Part shown: piece by piece, positions 1-14,188 of the stretch
Layout of the letters: each line of letters opens with the position of its first letter
Numbering within the stretch: position 1 is the first letter of the stretch
Assembly (NCBI RefSeq): GCF_009914755.1
Contig: NC_060938.1
DNA from: the human T2T-CHM13v2.0 reference genome, Homo sapiens
Direction: 5' to 3' (one strand)
DNA: 64,000 nt
Made by a program: the position numbers and the translations under genes
The notes under the pieces: model-generated
Seen by the model: the letters and a program-made list of their open reading frames with translations, nothing else
Told to the model about the DNA's origin: nothing
Databases searched by the model: none

Positions 1-13
1 TAAATAATAGAAT

Positions 14-740
14 TCAAACTCAAACTGGTCTAAGCCAAAAAAAATATTAATTTGTGGACTCGTATAATGGAAAAATCCAGGGTATAGCTTCAGAATGGCT
101 GAACGTAGGGACTCAGGGCTTGGCTCTTCTCCTCTTCCTTGCTTTTTTCTTCCCCATTGATTTTATTCTCAGACAAGTTTTCCCTTTGTGCTGCAATGTG
201 GCCATCATCACTCCTGCAGTGTACATTTCCTTAGTTCCACAGCCCCAGAATAAAGCAAAAACAGAAACACTTCTAATAGTTTCAATAAGAGACTAGAGAT
301 TGACTTTGGGTGTGAGGCTTGGATTTCATGTCCATCTCTAGTTTCATCTGTGCCAGGATTAGAAGTATATTCATTGGCCAGGCCTGTGTCACGAGCTCAT
401 ACAGGGTTTCCACTGTCCACACAGTGCCTTTGCAAGTATTAGAAAATGGCTCCCCTTTCTCCAGTTAGATGCAGCCCTGTATCGGGGCATGTGGCTTGGA
501 GAAGAGCATGTAGGCTGGATTTCAGCCCCCCTTTCTTCCTTAGCTGGGTTTCTTCCTTGAGTGAACAACATACTTGTTAGTAGCTGTCCTGCGCTTATTC
601 CTGAAACTGGGGGTGAAATCAGCCCCCACGTCAAAACTGAAGGACAGAAGATGGCTTCATCTAGGGTACCAGATAATGGCTAATAACAAAGGGAGGGGAC
701 AGTGGGTGCTGTGTGGGCAAAAGGAGCAAAAAATAATCCT
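14..740 (-). mobile_element. Degenerate MaLR LTR (MLT1J/K-like), possibly with a MIR-like piece at ~500-620
   Basis: 'aactcaaactggtctaagccaaaaaaaatattaatttgtggactcgtataatggaaaaatccagggtatagcttcag' resembles the recalled MLT1J/K end; heavily diverged. Confidence 0.5.
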
Positions 741-3434
741 AACCTGTCTAGACTTCATCTCAGAAGCCATATGCAACCTTCTTCAATGGAAATATTTGAC
801 ACTTCAGGAGTGCCAAGAAGGCTATAAGGAGCATATCTCTTAAGAACATAAGTTAGGGCATTCTAGAATGTATGCTTTATGGATTTACCTTGTAAATATA
901 TAACATTGACTAATACACACAGAAAATATATTGTAGAGTAACATAGATGACAGAAGTTGAAATACATGAAATTCTACTGCAGTCTATCATTATTTTCTAA
1001 CTTATCAAAATACTCAGAGGATCTCTTTTTTCATATTGATAAATTTCTAACCAGAGCCCTATTTACTCGTGTCTTGAAAAACAGAGTATTTGCGTATATG
1101 TCTGAAGAGGGAAGAGAAAGAGAATGATTCCAAAAAAGCTGATAACATTAATACAGCTTTCTATAGAAGATGTACATTTGCAACCACAAATTCAAAACTT
1201 ATAGGAGATGCACAAAATGTGAAGAAAAATAAATGAAACCAAACCACTACAAGAAATAACCAAAACTAAGAAGACAGCAAGAGAGGAAAAAAAAAAAAAA
1301 GAACTGCAAAACATATGAAAAACAATTAACAAAATGCAAGTTACTCCTTACCTATCAACAATGACTTTAAATGTGAAAGGATTAAACTATCTAATTAAAA
1401 GACATAGAGTGGCACAATGCATAAAAGATACTCATCAGTACATATTTATAAGGGAGTCACTTTAGATATAAAGATACATAGAGGCTGAAAGTGAAGGGAT
1501 GGGAAAAAATACTCTACGCAAATGGTAACCAAAAAAGAGCAAGGGTATCTATACTTAGATCAGAAAAAATAGACTTGAAATAAAAAACTGTCATTAGAGA
1601 CTAAGAAGGTCACTATATAATGATAAAAGTTCAGTTCAAAGGGAAGATTGTAAATATATATCCAGTCAACATTAGAACACCTAAATATATAAAGTTAATA
1701 TCAGCAAAGCTAAGGGGAGAAATCAGTAACACTAAAATAATAGTAGCCAACTTCAGTACCCCAAATTCAATAATAGATAGAACATCTAGGCAGGAATAAA
1801 AAAAGAGGAAACAGCTGACTTGAACAACACTGTAGATTCAACACTGACATATACAGAACTTTCCATCCAACAGCAGCAGAATATACATTTTTCTCAAGTG
1901 CACTCAGAATATTCTCTGAGATAGATCAAATCTTAGGTCACAAGGCATCCTACAAATTTAAGAAGTTTAATATAATGCCAAGTATCTTCTCAGACCACAA
2001 TGGAATAAAATTAGAAGTCAATAACAAAGAAAACAGAAACATTTACAAAAATGCAGAAACTAAACAACACACTCTTGAACCACCATTGGGTAAAAGAAGA
2101 AATCAAAAGGGAATTTTAAAAATATCTTGAGACAAACAAAAATGAACATACAACTCAACAAAACTACAGGATGCAGCAAAAGAAGTGTTAAGGGAGAAAT
2201 GTTACAGTGATAAATAACTACATTAAAAAATAAGAAAGATCTCACTCGAACAACCTAACTTTACAAATAAACAATTAGAAAAAGAAAAACTAACTAAACC
2301 CAAAGTTGGCATAATGAATTAAATAATAAAGATTAGAATATAAATAAAATAACTATAAAATAAAAACAATAGAAAAATCAACAAAGCTAGAGTTGAATTT
2401 TTGGTAATACAAACAAAAATAACAAACCCTTAGCTACACTAAGAAAAAAAGAGAAACTCAAGTAAATATAATCAGGAATGAAAATGGAGACATTATATCA
2501 AATGTACAGGAATACAAATGATTATAAAGGACAATTAAGCAATTATATGCCAATAAATTGGATAACCTAGAAGAAATGGATAAATTCTTAGAAATATGTA
2601 ATCTACCAAGGTGGAACAAAAAATAAATAGAGCAGACCAAAAGCAAGCAAAGAGATTTAACCAGTAATCAAAAATTCCCAACAAAGAAAAGCCCAGGTGC
2701 AGATGTTTTCATGGGCAACTTCTACCAAATATTCAAAGAAGAACTAATACCAAAATTTCTAAAACTTTTCAGAAAAAATAGAAGAGAGAATACTCTCAAA
2801 CTCATTTCATGAGGCCAGTGTTACCATGACTTAAAAGCTAGACGAAGACAACACAAGAAAAAATAATTACAGACCAGTATCCTTAATGAATATAGATGCA
2901 AAAATTCTCAATAAAATACAAACTAGCAAACTGAATTCAAAAGCACATTGAAAAGGTCATACACCATGACCAATTGTAATTTATCTATGGGATACAAGGA
3001 TGTTTCAATGTGTAAAAATTAATAATGTGATATACCACATTAACAGAATGAAAGACAAAAATAACATTCCAATAGATGCAGAAAACACATTTGACAAAAT
3101 TCAATATACTTTCATGATAAAACTCTCAGCAAAATAAGTATACAAGAAACTTACTTCAACACTATAAAGGCTGTATATGAAAAACCTATATCTAATATTA
3201 TAATCAATGGGGAAAAACTGAAAGCTTTTTGTTTAATATCTGGAACAAGACAAGGATGTCTATTCTCATCACTCCTATTCACCATAGTACTGGAAGTCCT
3301 AGCCAGAGCAATCAGGCAAGAGAAATAAAAGGCATCAAAATTGAAAGGAAAGATGTAGATACCTCTGTTAACAGAAGACATGATTATTATACATTGAAAA
3401 CTCTAAAGACTCCACAGAAAATGGTTAGAAATAA

Positions 3435-3658
3435 TAGTCAGCCTTTCATATCTGCTGGGGATTTGTTTCAGGAACCCCTCAGATAACAAAATCTGTGATG
3501 ATCAATTCCCTCACATAAAATCGTGTACAGCTGGCCCTATGTATCCATGGGTCAACATCTGTGGATTCAAACCACCACAGATGGAAATTATGTACAAGTT
3601 AAGTTCTTGGTTGATTGAGTTCATGGTTGCAGAACCCATTGATATGAAGGACTGACTA
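3435..3658 (+). mobile_element. MER2-family (TcMar-Tigger) MITE inserted in the L1
   Basis: Terminal inverted repeats tagtcagcctttcatatc (3435) and gatatgaaggactgacta (3641-3658), 16/18 match; L1 sequence resumes on both sides. Confidence 0.85.
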
Positions 3659-4950
3659 TATAATAAATTTACTAAAGTTGTAGGATACACAATTGACATA
3701 CAAAAATCACTGCTATTTCTAAACACTAACAATGAATTGTCTGAAAGGGAAATTTAAAAAACAGTATCAAATAAACTACTTTGGAACTAACTAACCAAAG
3801 AAGTGAAAGACTTAAACACTACAAATTATAAAATATTGATGACAGAAATTTAAACCAAAGTAAATTGAAAGACAACCCATGGATTGAAAGAGTTAGTAAT
3901 GTATTATTAAAGTGTCCATATTACTCAAAGCAATCTATACATTTAATGTAATCCATATCAAAATCCCAATGGTATCTCTCACAGAAATAGAAAGAAAATC
4001 CCAAAATTCTTATAGAATCACAAAAATCCCTGAGTGGCTGAAGCTACTTTGAGCAAGAACAAAGCTACAGGTATCACACTTCCTGACTTCAGATTAAATT
4101 ACAAAGCTGTAGAAAGAAAAACACTGTGGTATTGTCATAAAAACAGACACATAAACCAGTGAAACAAAATAGAGAACCTAGGCATAACCCACACATTTGC
4201 AGCAATTGATCACAATGGAAGGTGACAAGGAGACACTATATGCAGAGGATATGCTCTTGACCAAATGGTGTTAGGAAAGCTGGATGTCTACATGTAAAAG
4301 AATGAAATCGGATCCCTAGCTCACGCCTTATGTAAAAATTAACTCAAAATGGATTAAACGTTTAAATGTAATCACTGAAACAAAACTCCTGGAAGAAGAC
4401 AGGAGAAAACATTCTTGACATTGGTCTTGGCAATAATTTGTTTAGATATGATGCCAAAAGCACAGACAACAAAGGCAAAATAGAAAAATGAAATACATCG
4501 AATTAAAATGCTTTTGCACAGCAAAGAAAACAACTAATGAAATGATAAGGCAACCTATGAAATGGGGAAAATGTTTGTAAACCATATCTCTTATAAGGAG
4601 TTCAAAAAATAAGAAGGATACATACACATCAATTCCAAAATTATGAATAACCTAATTTTATTTTAAGGCAAAGAACCTAAATAAATACATCTCCAAAGAA
4701 GAAATTCAAATGGCTAACAGGTATAAGAAAATGTGCTCAACATCTCTAAACTTCAGAGTAATGCAAATCAAAACCACAATGAGATATCAAGTCACACCTG
4801 TTAAAATGGCTATTATCAAAAAGAGAAAAGATAAGTGTTGGTAAGAATGTGAAGAAAAGGAAACCATTATACACTATTGATGGGAATGCAAATTAGTAAA
4901 ACACAGAAAACAGTATTGAGGTTCCTCCAAAAAAAATTGAAAATAGCACT

Positions 4951-5228
4951 GGCCTGGTGTGATGGCTCACACCTGTAATCCCAGGATTTGGGGAAGCCAA
5001 GACAGGAGGCCAGGAGCTCCAGACCAGCCTGGGTAACATAGCAAGACGCCATCTCAGAAATAAAATTAGCCAGACATGGTGTTGTACACCTGTAGTCCCA
5101 GCTACTCAGGAGGCTGAGGTAGGAGGATCGCTTGAGCCCAGGAGATCAAGGCTGCAGTGAGCTATGATCTTGCCACTGGACTTTACCCAGGATAGCAGAG
5201 TGAGACCTGGTTTCAAAAATGAAAAAAA
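4951..5228 (+). mobile_element. AluJ inserted in the L1
   Basis: Dimeric Alu with J-type motifs (ggatcgcttgagcccagg, gctgcagtgagctatg); degenerate flanks aaatagcact/aaaagaact. Confidence 0.9.
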
Positions 5229-6088
5229 GAACTACCACATAATGCAACAATTTCACTTCTGGATATATGTCCAGTGAAATTGACATAAGAGTCTTAGAGA
5301 GGTGTCTGTCATCCTCTGTTCATTGCGGCATGACACACAATGACCAAAATAGGAAAATAACCTAAAGGTCCTTTGGCAGAGGAACAGATGAATGGGTAAA
5401 GAAAATGTGACATGTATACATAAAATGAAATATTATACACCCTTAAAAAAGAAGGAAATCCTTCTATTTGTGAAAACATGGATGGAGCTGGAAGATATTG
5501 CGCCAAGCAAAAATGCAAGACACAGAGACAAATACTTCATGATCTCACTTACATGTGGAATCTACGACAGTCAAATTTATAAAAACAGAGAATAAGACAG
5601 TGGTTGCCAGGGGCTCAGGGAGGGGAAATGGGGTGATGTTAATTAAATTGTGCAATGTTCAAGTTATAATAATTTCTGGAGATATAATGTACAACGTGGA
5701 ACAACACTGTATCATATTCTTGTGTTCTGCTAAAGGACTAGATCATAAATTAATTACTGTCAACACACACACAATGGTAAATATGTAGAGATAATATGCT
5801 AATTTGCTTGATTGTGGTGATCGTTTCAAAAAGTATAGAAATATCAAAACATTAAGTTACCTTAAATTTACACAATTTGTATATGTCATGTTATCATGAT
5901 AAAGCTGTTAAGAAAGATTTAGTAAATCATGTCTACAACCTGGGAACTTTCCCATGACAGGGAGGGCTGGAGTAGGAAAATGGAATTTTGCAACAAGGAT
6001 AGGGTGAGGGACATGGGGAAATTATTGATCAAGTATTTAAGAAATGACCTGGGTGGAAGCTACAACAAAGGGTATGAGATTTAGCTCA

Positions 6089-6560
6089 TCAGTCCTCAAA
6101 TTTTTGGTGTCAGGAACACTTTACATTTTTAAAAGTTATTGAGGACCCCAAAGAGCTTTTATTTATTTGGATTATGTCTATCTATATTTATCATAGTAAA
6201 CATTAAAACTGAGAAATTAAAAAATATATACTTATATGTTTACATAAATCACATTTTTATTTAAAATTATCATTTTTAAGCAATAAAGTTTGTGAGAACA
6301 GTGACATTGTTTTATATTTTTAGGTATGTCTTTAATGTCTGGTTTAATAGAAGAAAACTTGTTCTCCTTTCTACTTCTACATTTAATTTCTTTTGACATC
6401 ACATGTCAGGTAGCTTCTGGGAAACTCCAATTATACTTGAGAGACAAGGAAAGTGGAAAAGGTAAACAAAACCTGTGTATTTTTATGAAAAGACTTTTGA
6501 CCTTGCAGAGCCCCTGGAAGGGACTCAGGGACTTCTCAGGGTTCTCTGGCTCATGTGTTC
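6089..6560 (-). mobile_element. hAT-Charlie DNA transposon (Charlie4a-like)
   Basis: 'ctcaaatttttggtgtcaggaacactttacatttttaaaagttattgaggaccccaaagagctttt' and 'cacatgtcaggtagcttctgggaaactcca' match the recalled Charlie4a reverse strand. Confidence 0.75.
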
Positions 6561-6957
6561 ACAGAGTAGAGGGTAAGTCCGCAAGAAAAAGCAGTGATTG
6601 GGTGTGGGAGGTCTTGCTGAGAGGTGGTAGAGAAGAGGTTGGATGTGGAGAAAGTATGGTCCTTGTTTTCATTTCTTTTCCCTTTCCTTTGGCCTCTTGT
6701 TGCTGGGATTTCCTCTTTAGATGATCGTATCATAAATTAGAAATAGCATTAATGAACATTCTTGATACTGCCTAATGAAAGTTTTTGTTTTGTCTTTCTG
6801 AGTCTTGATACATTTCAAGAAGTCTTCTATCTCATTTATTGTTCCCACACAAATTTAGAATTTAGGAAGAGTCGATATAGCTATACTTAGATGATTTATC
6901 TCTCTGAAGACATTTTGGGATCATTTACAAATCTCTATAAACAATACTCTGATGTCC

Positions 6958-7264
6958 CTTTATTTTGTTTAGAGACTGGGTCTTGCCGTGTTGTCTGGAG
7001 TGGAGTGGCTAGATCGTACCTCACAATACACAATACAATCAAACTCCTGAGCTCAATGTTATCCTTCCACTCAGCCTCCACAGCAGCTAGGTCTGCAGGT
7101 GTGTGCCAGCACGCCTAGCTTTTGATTACTATTATTATTTTTGTAGAAATGGGGGTTTCATTATGCTGCCCAGGCTGGTCTTCCAACTCCTGGCCTCAAG
7201 CAATCCTCCTGCCTTCCACCATCTGAGGAGCTGAGATTACATGTGTAAGCCACCATGCTGGTCC
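6958..7264 (-). mobile_element. Diverged AluJ
   Basis: Reverse Alu dimer; TSD-like ctgatgtc on both sides (6949, 7264). Confidence 0.85.
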
Positions 7265-7327
7265 TGATGTCATTTAAATACAAACATGATACTATATTCC
7301 TTGTAGAAAGTGCCACATAAATATACC

Positions 7328-7615
7328 TTTTTTGAAATAGGGTCTTGCTGTGTCACCCAGGCTGGAATGCAGTGGTATGATCACAGTCACTGCAGCCTTG
7401 ACCTCCTGGGCTTAAGCGATCCTCCCACCTCAGCCTTACAAGAAGCTGGGACCTGAGGTATGAGCCACCAAGCCCAGCAAATTTTTCAATTTTTGGTAAA
7501 GATCGGCGTGTCACTGTGTTGCCTAGGCTGGTCTTGAACTCTTGGGCTCAAGTTACCCTCCGCCCAAGTCTCCCAAAGTGCTGGGATTACAGGCCTGAAC
7601 CACCGCACCGGGTCC
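7328..7615 (-). mobile_element. AluJ
   Basis: Poly-T followed by reverse Alu dimer with J-type motifs. Confidence 0.9.
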
Positions 7616-8985
7616 TAAAAATTCATTCACTTTCTTTGTTTGTCCACAAGGTGCTGCTGTTTCCTTTCTAATAACATGAGACAGCTCACTCAAGAACATC
7701 AAGAACATGACATTCTCTAAAAAAAAATCACAGTAGTTCCTTTTCCATAACTATGAAGTTTTCAAGGTGTTATCAGGTTTATTTCATAGAAAGAATGTGT
7801 AAAATTTTTCATGTAGAAACATAATCTTTTACCAATGAGTTAGTTAAAAAATTTAGTATTGTCAGAATGAAGATTTCCTTTTCCCTATAATTTTATTTAT
7901 TATAATTATATTTTTAATAATATCAATTGCTTTATAAAAACTCATTACATTATATACCCAATGTCTGTGAAATCGTCTGCTTTGAAGCACAGTGAAATAA
8001 TCAATCAGCATACTGGGTCTAACACGGTTCCTTCCATTTTAAGAAAGCTATTTACACTCCAATTTGCAAGTTGGACTTTACAAAAATTAAAGCATTTATA
8101 AAATATACTAACTATGATTGTTTTAAAAAGTAATGTTTTTTTATGGTAAGGAAATAAATTGAAGCTCTGTGTTGGAAAATGCAGAAAACAAATCAGCATT
8201 CTTTATAAATAGATTTTGCTGCTGGTTTAGAAATTACCTAATGTGCTTTATAGATGTTGGAAAATGAAATCAGCTGCAGTTAGCAGTGTGCATACATCGT
8301 ATTTGCTGTGTCACTTTCAGAAAAGTTATGGAATATTGGCAGGTCAGGATTCTCAAAATGAGAAGTTCTAAGAAGAGGCTAAATGAAAAAGAATTTTGAA
8401 AGCAAACCTAGTTGTTTAATATAAACATGGACGAGTTATGGGGAAATCCTGGACTGGGAGCTAGCAGATCTATGTTCTGACTTTTACTAAGTCATTGGCT
8501 GCTACAGCAGGCCAAGCAGACATAACTGCCAAAGCTGCCTGGGAGTTGGGTTGATTGGCAATTGGCACAGGGAGAGAGGACAATTGCCAGAGTAATGGCC
8601 AAATATTCAGGGTTTCATGTTCAGTGAAGCAGGATGTGCATTTGTATCCCAAGGGCAAAACTGACGCTAGAATCTGGGCCTCCTGGCTGAATCTGAGTCC
8701 ACAGTTTGATGAGTAGGATGAAGTAGTCTCAGAAATCCAAGCCAGCCAGAACCCATGAGGTGTGCTTTGCAGATATGGGCTGGCGAGCTGCATTAAGATG
8801 TTTCATTCCATTGAGCAAACATTCCTTGATTGGTTAGGTTAGCATCCCACAAGAGCAGAGACAAATTCTTCAGAATTTGTCCATGAAGCTATAGTCCCAG
8901 AGCTTATATTTCAAGGGAGGAAACTGCATCTCAGGATGGTAGGTGATTACAGCTAAACCGAATTCTGAAAATAAAAGGAACCCTA

Positions 8986-9335
8986 TGTCTTTGTCTGCTC
9001 AGGCTGCTGCTACAAACAACTGTAGACTGAGTGGCTTAAACAGCATATACTTGTTTCTCACAGTTGTGGGAATTCAAAGATTAAAATCTGGGCCAGCAGA
9101 GCCAGTGTCTGGTGAAGGCCCTCTTACTGGTTTGCAGGTGTTCTTGTTGTATCTTCACATGGCTGAGAGAAGAGGGCTCTAGTCTCCTACTCTTCTTATT
9201 AGGATGCTAACCCCATTGTGAGAACTCCATCCTCATCAAAACCAAATTACTTCCCAAAGGTCCTCCTTCTAATGCCATTCTATTGTTAGAGTTTCAACTT
9301 GTGCATTTGTTGAAGGAAACATGCAGTGCACAGCA
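8986..9335 (-). mobile_element. MaLR solo LTR (MLT1A-like)
   Basis: 'gtctgctcaggctgctgctacaaacaactgtagactgagtggcttaaac...gtgtctggtgaaggccctctt'. Confidence 0.8.
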
Positions 9336-9699
9336 TCTAATCTAATCAAATCAGTTGTCCCTTGAATAAAATTCTAGCTCCTATAACAAGACTTAAAATT
9401 ATGACGTGGTTGTTGCCAAAACTGTCTATCTGGATTTGCTAGAAATCAAACATACTTGAATATTTCCTCTAAAGATTTTCTCGTTCCTACCCTATTGTGT
9501 ATATTTACAGAATTCTTAAATAATTACATATACAAGGCTTCTATTAGCTCTGACGAGAGCTTCTATTAACTTTGACTATTGCAAGCAGTTTTATAGCACT
9601 GTAGGTAAAAGCATGTGCTTTGAAATCATATAATAAATTTATTAAATGCTAAGGACTTTATATTCACTGTTTAATTTTATCATCTTAATAACCTTCATT

Positions 9700-9865
9700 A
9701 TTACCTCCGTTAAACCCTATTTGTTGGCTACTTACATTATTCTGATTTTGCAAATCTAAATTTGAGAGGCTTTCTCAATGTCACATAAGTTAATAAGTGG
9801 CATAGCTGGGGTTTGAATTAAAGTCTACCGGATTCCAAGATCTGTTTACCGTTGTTCTACAATAT
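9700..9865 (-). mobile_element. MIR fragment
   Basis: 'aatgtcacataagttaataagtggcatagctggggtttgaattaaagtct' MIR core. Confidence 0.6.
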
Positions 9866-11084
9866 GTACTTTTTAGGTCCCTGAGAATGCTAACAACATT
9901 TCTTTTGAAATCTGCCTTCTTTCTGGATAGCAGCTTTATTAATATGTGATTAGGGCACCATATTTCAGGCAACAAATTCTTTGAAATCTTTCATATCCAT
10001 AGTGAGATAAGGATCAGTTCTGTGGCATTGTCAGCCAGAAAACATCATTTAGAGACTATCTTGTACAATAAGTAGAAGACACAGCTGGCGGCCTGCGGAG
10101 GACAGAAAGCTCACAGCTTCTGTCCATACCCCTTTCACTTCCTCCTCAAGGAGATGGACCTCTGTGGTTGGTCAAGCTTAAGGATCTTTTATGTGCCACA
10201 GCTAATGGTGAAATCTTCCTAATTCTAGGTGAAGATTAATGGGCAAGTTGGAGAGTTAAGGTAGCTTGTGGCTGCTCCTTTTAGAAGAAAGTCTGATCAT
10301 TGCTCTCTTATTTGTGGAACCCCTCTGTTCCCCCAAATGCTTGGTAAGACATGCCTGAAGACCAATCCTGTGTCAGTAGACTTCATATCTACTCTCTTCT
10401 ACCAATCACACAACTACAGACAAATAAGAAAAATAAAACAAAGCTCAGACACACTGCCCTGGCACGGAGGCCACTCTCCGGCTGGCTGCTTTTCTCTACC
10501 CTGGCGCCTCCTGGGCATTTGGCTCTTTCTTAGATCAAAGCAAGACTTAGGTTTGGGATTAAAGAGAAGTAGGTGAAAGGGGTCTCTGGCCTGTTTTGGC
10601 ATTAGGCCAAGCAAATAACAGAGTTCTGGCTTAAGCTCAGCTCTGTAGAGCTTTCTCTGTGTTTGGGGAAAATCTCTGATAGTAATGAAGTGATATTTTA
10701 CTGTGCTTCGTTTTCTGTACATATATCTCTTTCTTAGGTATGTTGTGAGGAGATTCGTTCCCTGGACAAATACCATCTTAATCACCTTCATTACCAACTT
10801 TGTTTTATTTGCAGAGTTAAAATTTAAATAGACATTCAGGAAACAAGTCTGGTGAGAGAATTATGTTATGAGGTTAATCTTTCAGCATCTGCCTTAGGGA
10901 CATTGATTATTTTCCCCCTTGTTTTTCACCAAGCTCCAGGCTTGCAAAAGAATTGTGATGTGGTCTGAGGCAAACTTACTCATTGGCTAGTGGTAAGTTA
11001 AACCATAACCTGTAGGACCGCTGGGAACCACTACTTGTCATCGGTCAGAAATCCATTGTTTGGAGGTGTGCGCTGGGAAGGCTA

Positions 11085-11320
11085 TTCATACTTATTGATA
11101 CATGTTTTGTTCTTGGCACTATGTTAAGTACTGGACACATGCAACAATTTGGAATATCGTTACATTCAACCCTCACAATAGTCTGATGTATATGTTATTA
11201 GTCCCGTATTAGAGACGAGTAAACAAGATTAGAGGAAGGGAAGCACACAGCTGGAACCACGTAGGTGGCACTGGGATTGGAAGCAGTTCCGTCTCACCCT
11301 GGACCACCATTTCCATGCTG
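11085..11320 (-). mobile_element. MIR fragment
   Basis: 'cctcacaatagtctgatg...attagtcccgtattagagacgagtaaac...gtaggtggcactgggattggaagcag'. Confidence 0.65.
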
Positions 11321-13104
11321 TGTCTCCACTAGAGGATCCTTTCTTTGGTTCTTCTAAGTCATTAGTCATCAATAATTTATCTCCAAACTGTAGGTTTCAC
11401 AGGAGGAGATGCCACTTGAAGCTTCATGGCTTAAAATGGAGATGGAATGTGGAACATGGTGGGAAGCACCGGGAGGGGTTTATTGATAAATTTCAAGTAC
11501 TTTGTGGGGCTCTGAAAGACTGTCTTCAAATTCTTTGTCCTACTATCTCTTTCATATTAGTTGAAATGTCATATGGGTATATCTTTTGGGTTAAATTAAG
11601 GAAAATCTCCATGAAAAGTAAAAAACAAACAAAAAAACCCCCAAATGAATAGAAAAAGATACTATGAAAAATCCACTCAGATTTCTCAGAGTTTTATTAA
11701 CTCAAAGAAGCCTTGGTCCAGTTGGAAGAAGACAGAATTGATTTTGACAACCTCTAACAAACCCTTTAGCGTTCAATGCACTCTAGACCATGAGTATAAA
11801 GAAGTTCACTTAATAGGTTCACCAAATTAGTTAGTTTGTGTAGTTCAAAGGGAAACAGACACACAGGACTGTGAGGTTTTGACAGGGGTGAAAGGCAAGT
11901 CTGGGTCCAGTGAGCCCAGGGAGACCATGAAGGGGCAGGGCAAGAGAAGGACGGTGCTGGGAAGCTAGGGAACTGGCCACTTCTGTGCTGGCTGAAGATC
12001 ACAAAAATCAACACAGCTTTCTCCAAATGCTGCCTGTGCCTGATGGAATTAAACAGAGCTCTGAGAAAGACAGCACCGGGGCCGAGGATGCGTCCTGAGC
12101 TGCCTACAGTCATCAATATCTTGGCCAGTGGCTATGCACTCAGGGGCAATTTGGCTAGCTTTCTTGATCCACACCAGAAAACTCGCTTTTGAATTGGTTT
12201 GGAAAGCTCCAAAAGGGACGTGCTTCATGCTATTGGTATTGCTGTCAAAAAGAAAAGATTCTGCTTTTCATCAGCTGTTGATTTTTGCTCTCTGTATTTC
12301 TCTAGCATGTGTTGCTGGTGGCCCTGGTTATGCTAACAAGTAGATAGTGTAGCTGCAACAGCAGAACAGAAAAGGCTCTCCTGGATTCTCAGTTCCAGGC
12401 TGGCCTGGGAACAGGCTTAGGGATGTTTCAATGCTTGAATGCAGGTGAGCTGGAGATCTGTGGCAATTCTTTTGACATGAGGCTGGACATTCTTTATAGC
12501 TTCCCCAGACACAGGGATTGGCAGAGCTTGAAAAAGAATCACTGGCAGGAGGTTCATTTTCTTTATTGCTACCTCCCCAGCCATAAAACTAAAAGCTTTT
12601 TACCTAAATCACGTTAGCCATCTCGTGGGAGTAGGAGATCATTTCCTTCAGAGTTTTTCCCAATTGGAGTCTAGTCCTAGGATGGTTTGAATGGTCCGTT
12701 TGAATTTGAAGAGCTTTCTAATTGATGCTTCTCATCCCCTCTCCAACCAGTCTTATTTGGTGTCGTCTGCCTTTCCCCTTCCTCCCTACCAAACCTCAGA
12801 GTCTTGAAACAAAAATCTTTGTATTGTAAACTTCATCATGCTAATTTCATCACTTCAAATGAAATTTCCCTTGTTTGAGTTTCCTCCAACTGTGTGACTT
12901 AGGGCTGTTGAACTCTTTCAAATACACAGGAAAACGGAAACCTCTTTTGCTGTCTAGTGATTGTATAATAAAACATTTTCAGATGCTAATCACATGCTTT
13001 GAGCTTGGTTAATGAATGAAATTCTAAGGATATTCTTATTTGAAAGGTTTAAAAATATAATAACTGTCATTATATCTAATTCTGTCTACATTTCTGGTGT
13101 GAAA

Positions 13105-13300
13105 TGAGAAGTCAGGAGCCCTGCCATCTACACAGTACATGGTTCTACCAGCTATTTCTGTGTTACTTCAAGCAAATCACTTCTTTTCTGCCTTTTCTTT
13201 CTTTTTATGTAAAATGTGGATAACTATCTGTCTCACTGAATTCACAGAGTGACTGTATTATGTACAATAAAATTTATTGAAAAGCATAAAGCTCTATAAT
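13105..13300 (+). mobile_element. MIR/MIR3 fragment
   Basis: 'ctgtgttacttcaagcaaatcactt...tgtaaaatgtggataac'. Confidence 0.55.
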
Positions 13301-13724
13301 TAGGTAGAATGTTACCTGTAATTTATAAGCTTTTTAAATCCTGGGGCAGTGGAGGAATTGTTCCTCTTCCTGTAAAAGGACATCCCTCTAATAATCTCCC
13401 TTCTTTTCCTGACTTTTCAGGGATTCTGTTCATTGCTTTTCCATTTGTCATCTGCATCTTCAGTCTCTCTCCTTCTTGATGCATTCTGTCAGCATTTAAA
13501 TATAAATTTTTCATTTAAAATATATTCTATTTTGGAGGAACCTTAACTTTGACTCTGTGTGTCTTTCTAGCTATCAAGTCATCTCCTCCTTTCTTGGCAA
13601 ATTTTTCTCAAGTATTTTCCACACTTACTATCTCCTTTTGCTCATTTTCCTTTCACTCTTTATTCAGGTCAGTTTGGCTTTCACTTTCATCAAGCCTATG
13701 AAACTGCTTGTGCTAAGGTCACCA

Positions 13725-14070
13725 TATAAGAGTGCTAGGGGCTTCCATCAAAAGCTGCCACAGATTGAGTGGTTTATCTTCTCAAGCTCTGAAGACTGGA
13801 AATCCACGATGGAATGTCAGCAGGTTTGCCTTCTTCTGAGAACTGCTGCCTTGCAGATGCCTCCCTTCTTGCTGTGTCCTCAGGCTGTGTTGCCTGTGTC
13901 TCAATCTCTTTTTAGATGGACACCTGCCATATTGGTTTAGGGTCCACCCATATGGCTTTATTTGACCTCACTTACCTCTTTGAATGCCTTCTCTAAATCA
14001 GTCCCTCTGAGGCAGTGGGGATCAGCTCTTCAACATAGGAATCTGGGGGGGCACAATTCAGCACCCCCAG
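13725..14070 (-). mobile_element. MaLR solo LTR (MLT1B-like) inside decayed L2
   Basis: 'ggacacctgccatattggtttagggtccaccc...ttcaacataggaatctggggggggcacaattcagc'. Confidence 0.75.
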
Positions 14071-14101
14071 AATTGGTGATTCCTAAACATCATGAACACT
14101 A

Positions 14102-14128
14102 TTCCTCTTTCTCTCTTTCTTTCTCTCC

Positions 14129-14188
<60 letters not shown>

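Larger units (their letters stand above)
1185..5912 (+). mobile_element. Old 5'-truncated LINE-1 (L1MA8/9-like): ORF1 tail, decayed ORF2, 3'UTR
   Basis: ORF2 start region at ~1334 (actccttacctatcaacaatgactttaaatgtg); ORF2-like segments through ~5500; L1MA-type 3' end 'ttgcttgattgtggtgatcgtttc...gataaagctg'; many stops and frameshifts. Confidence 0.9.
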
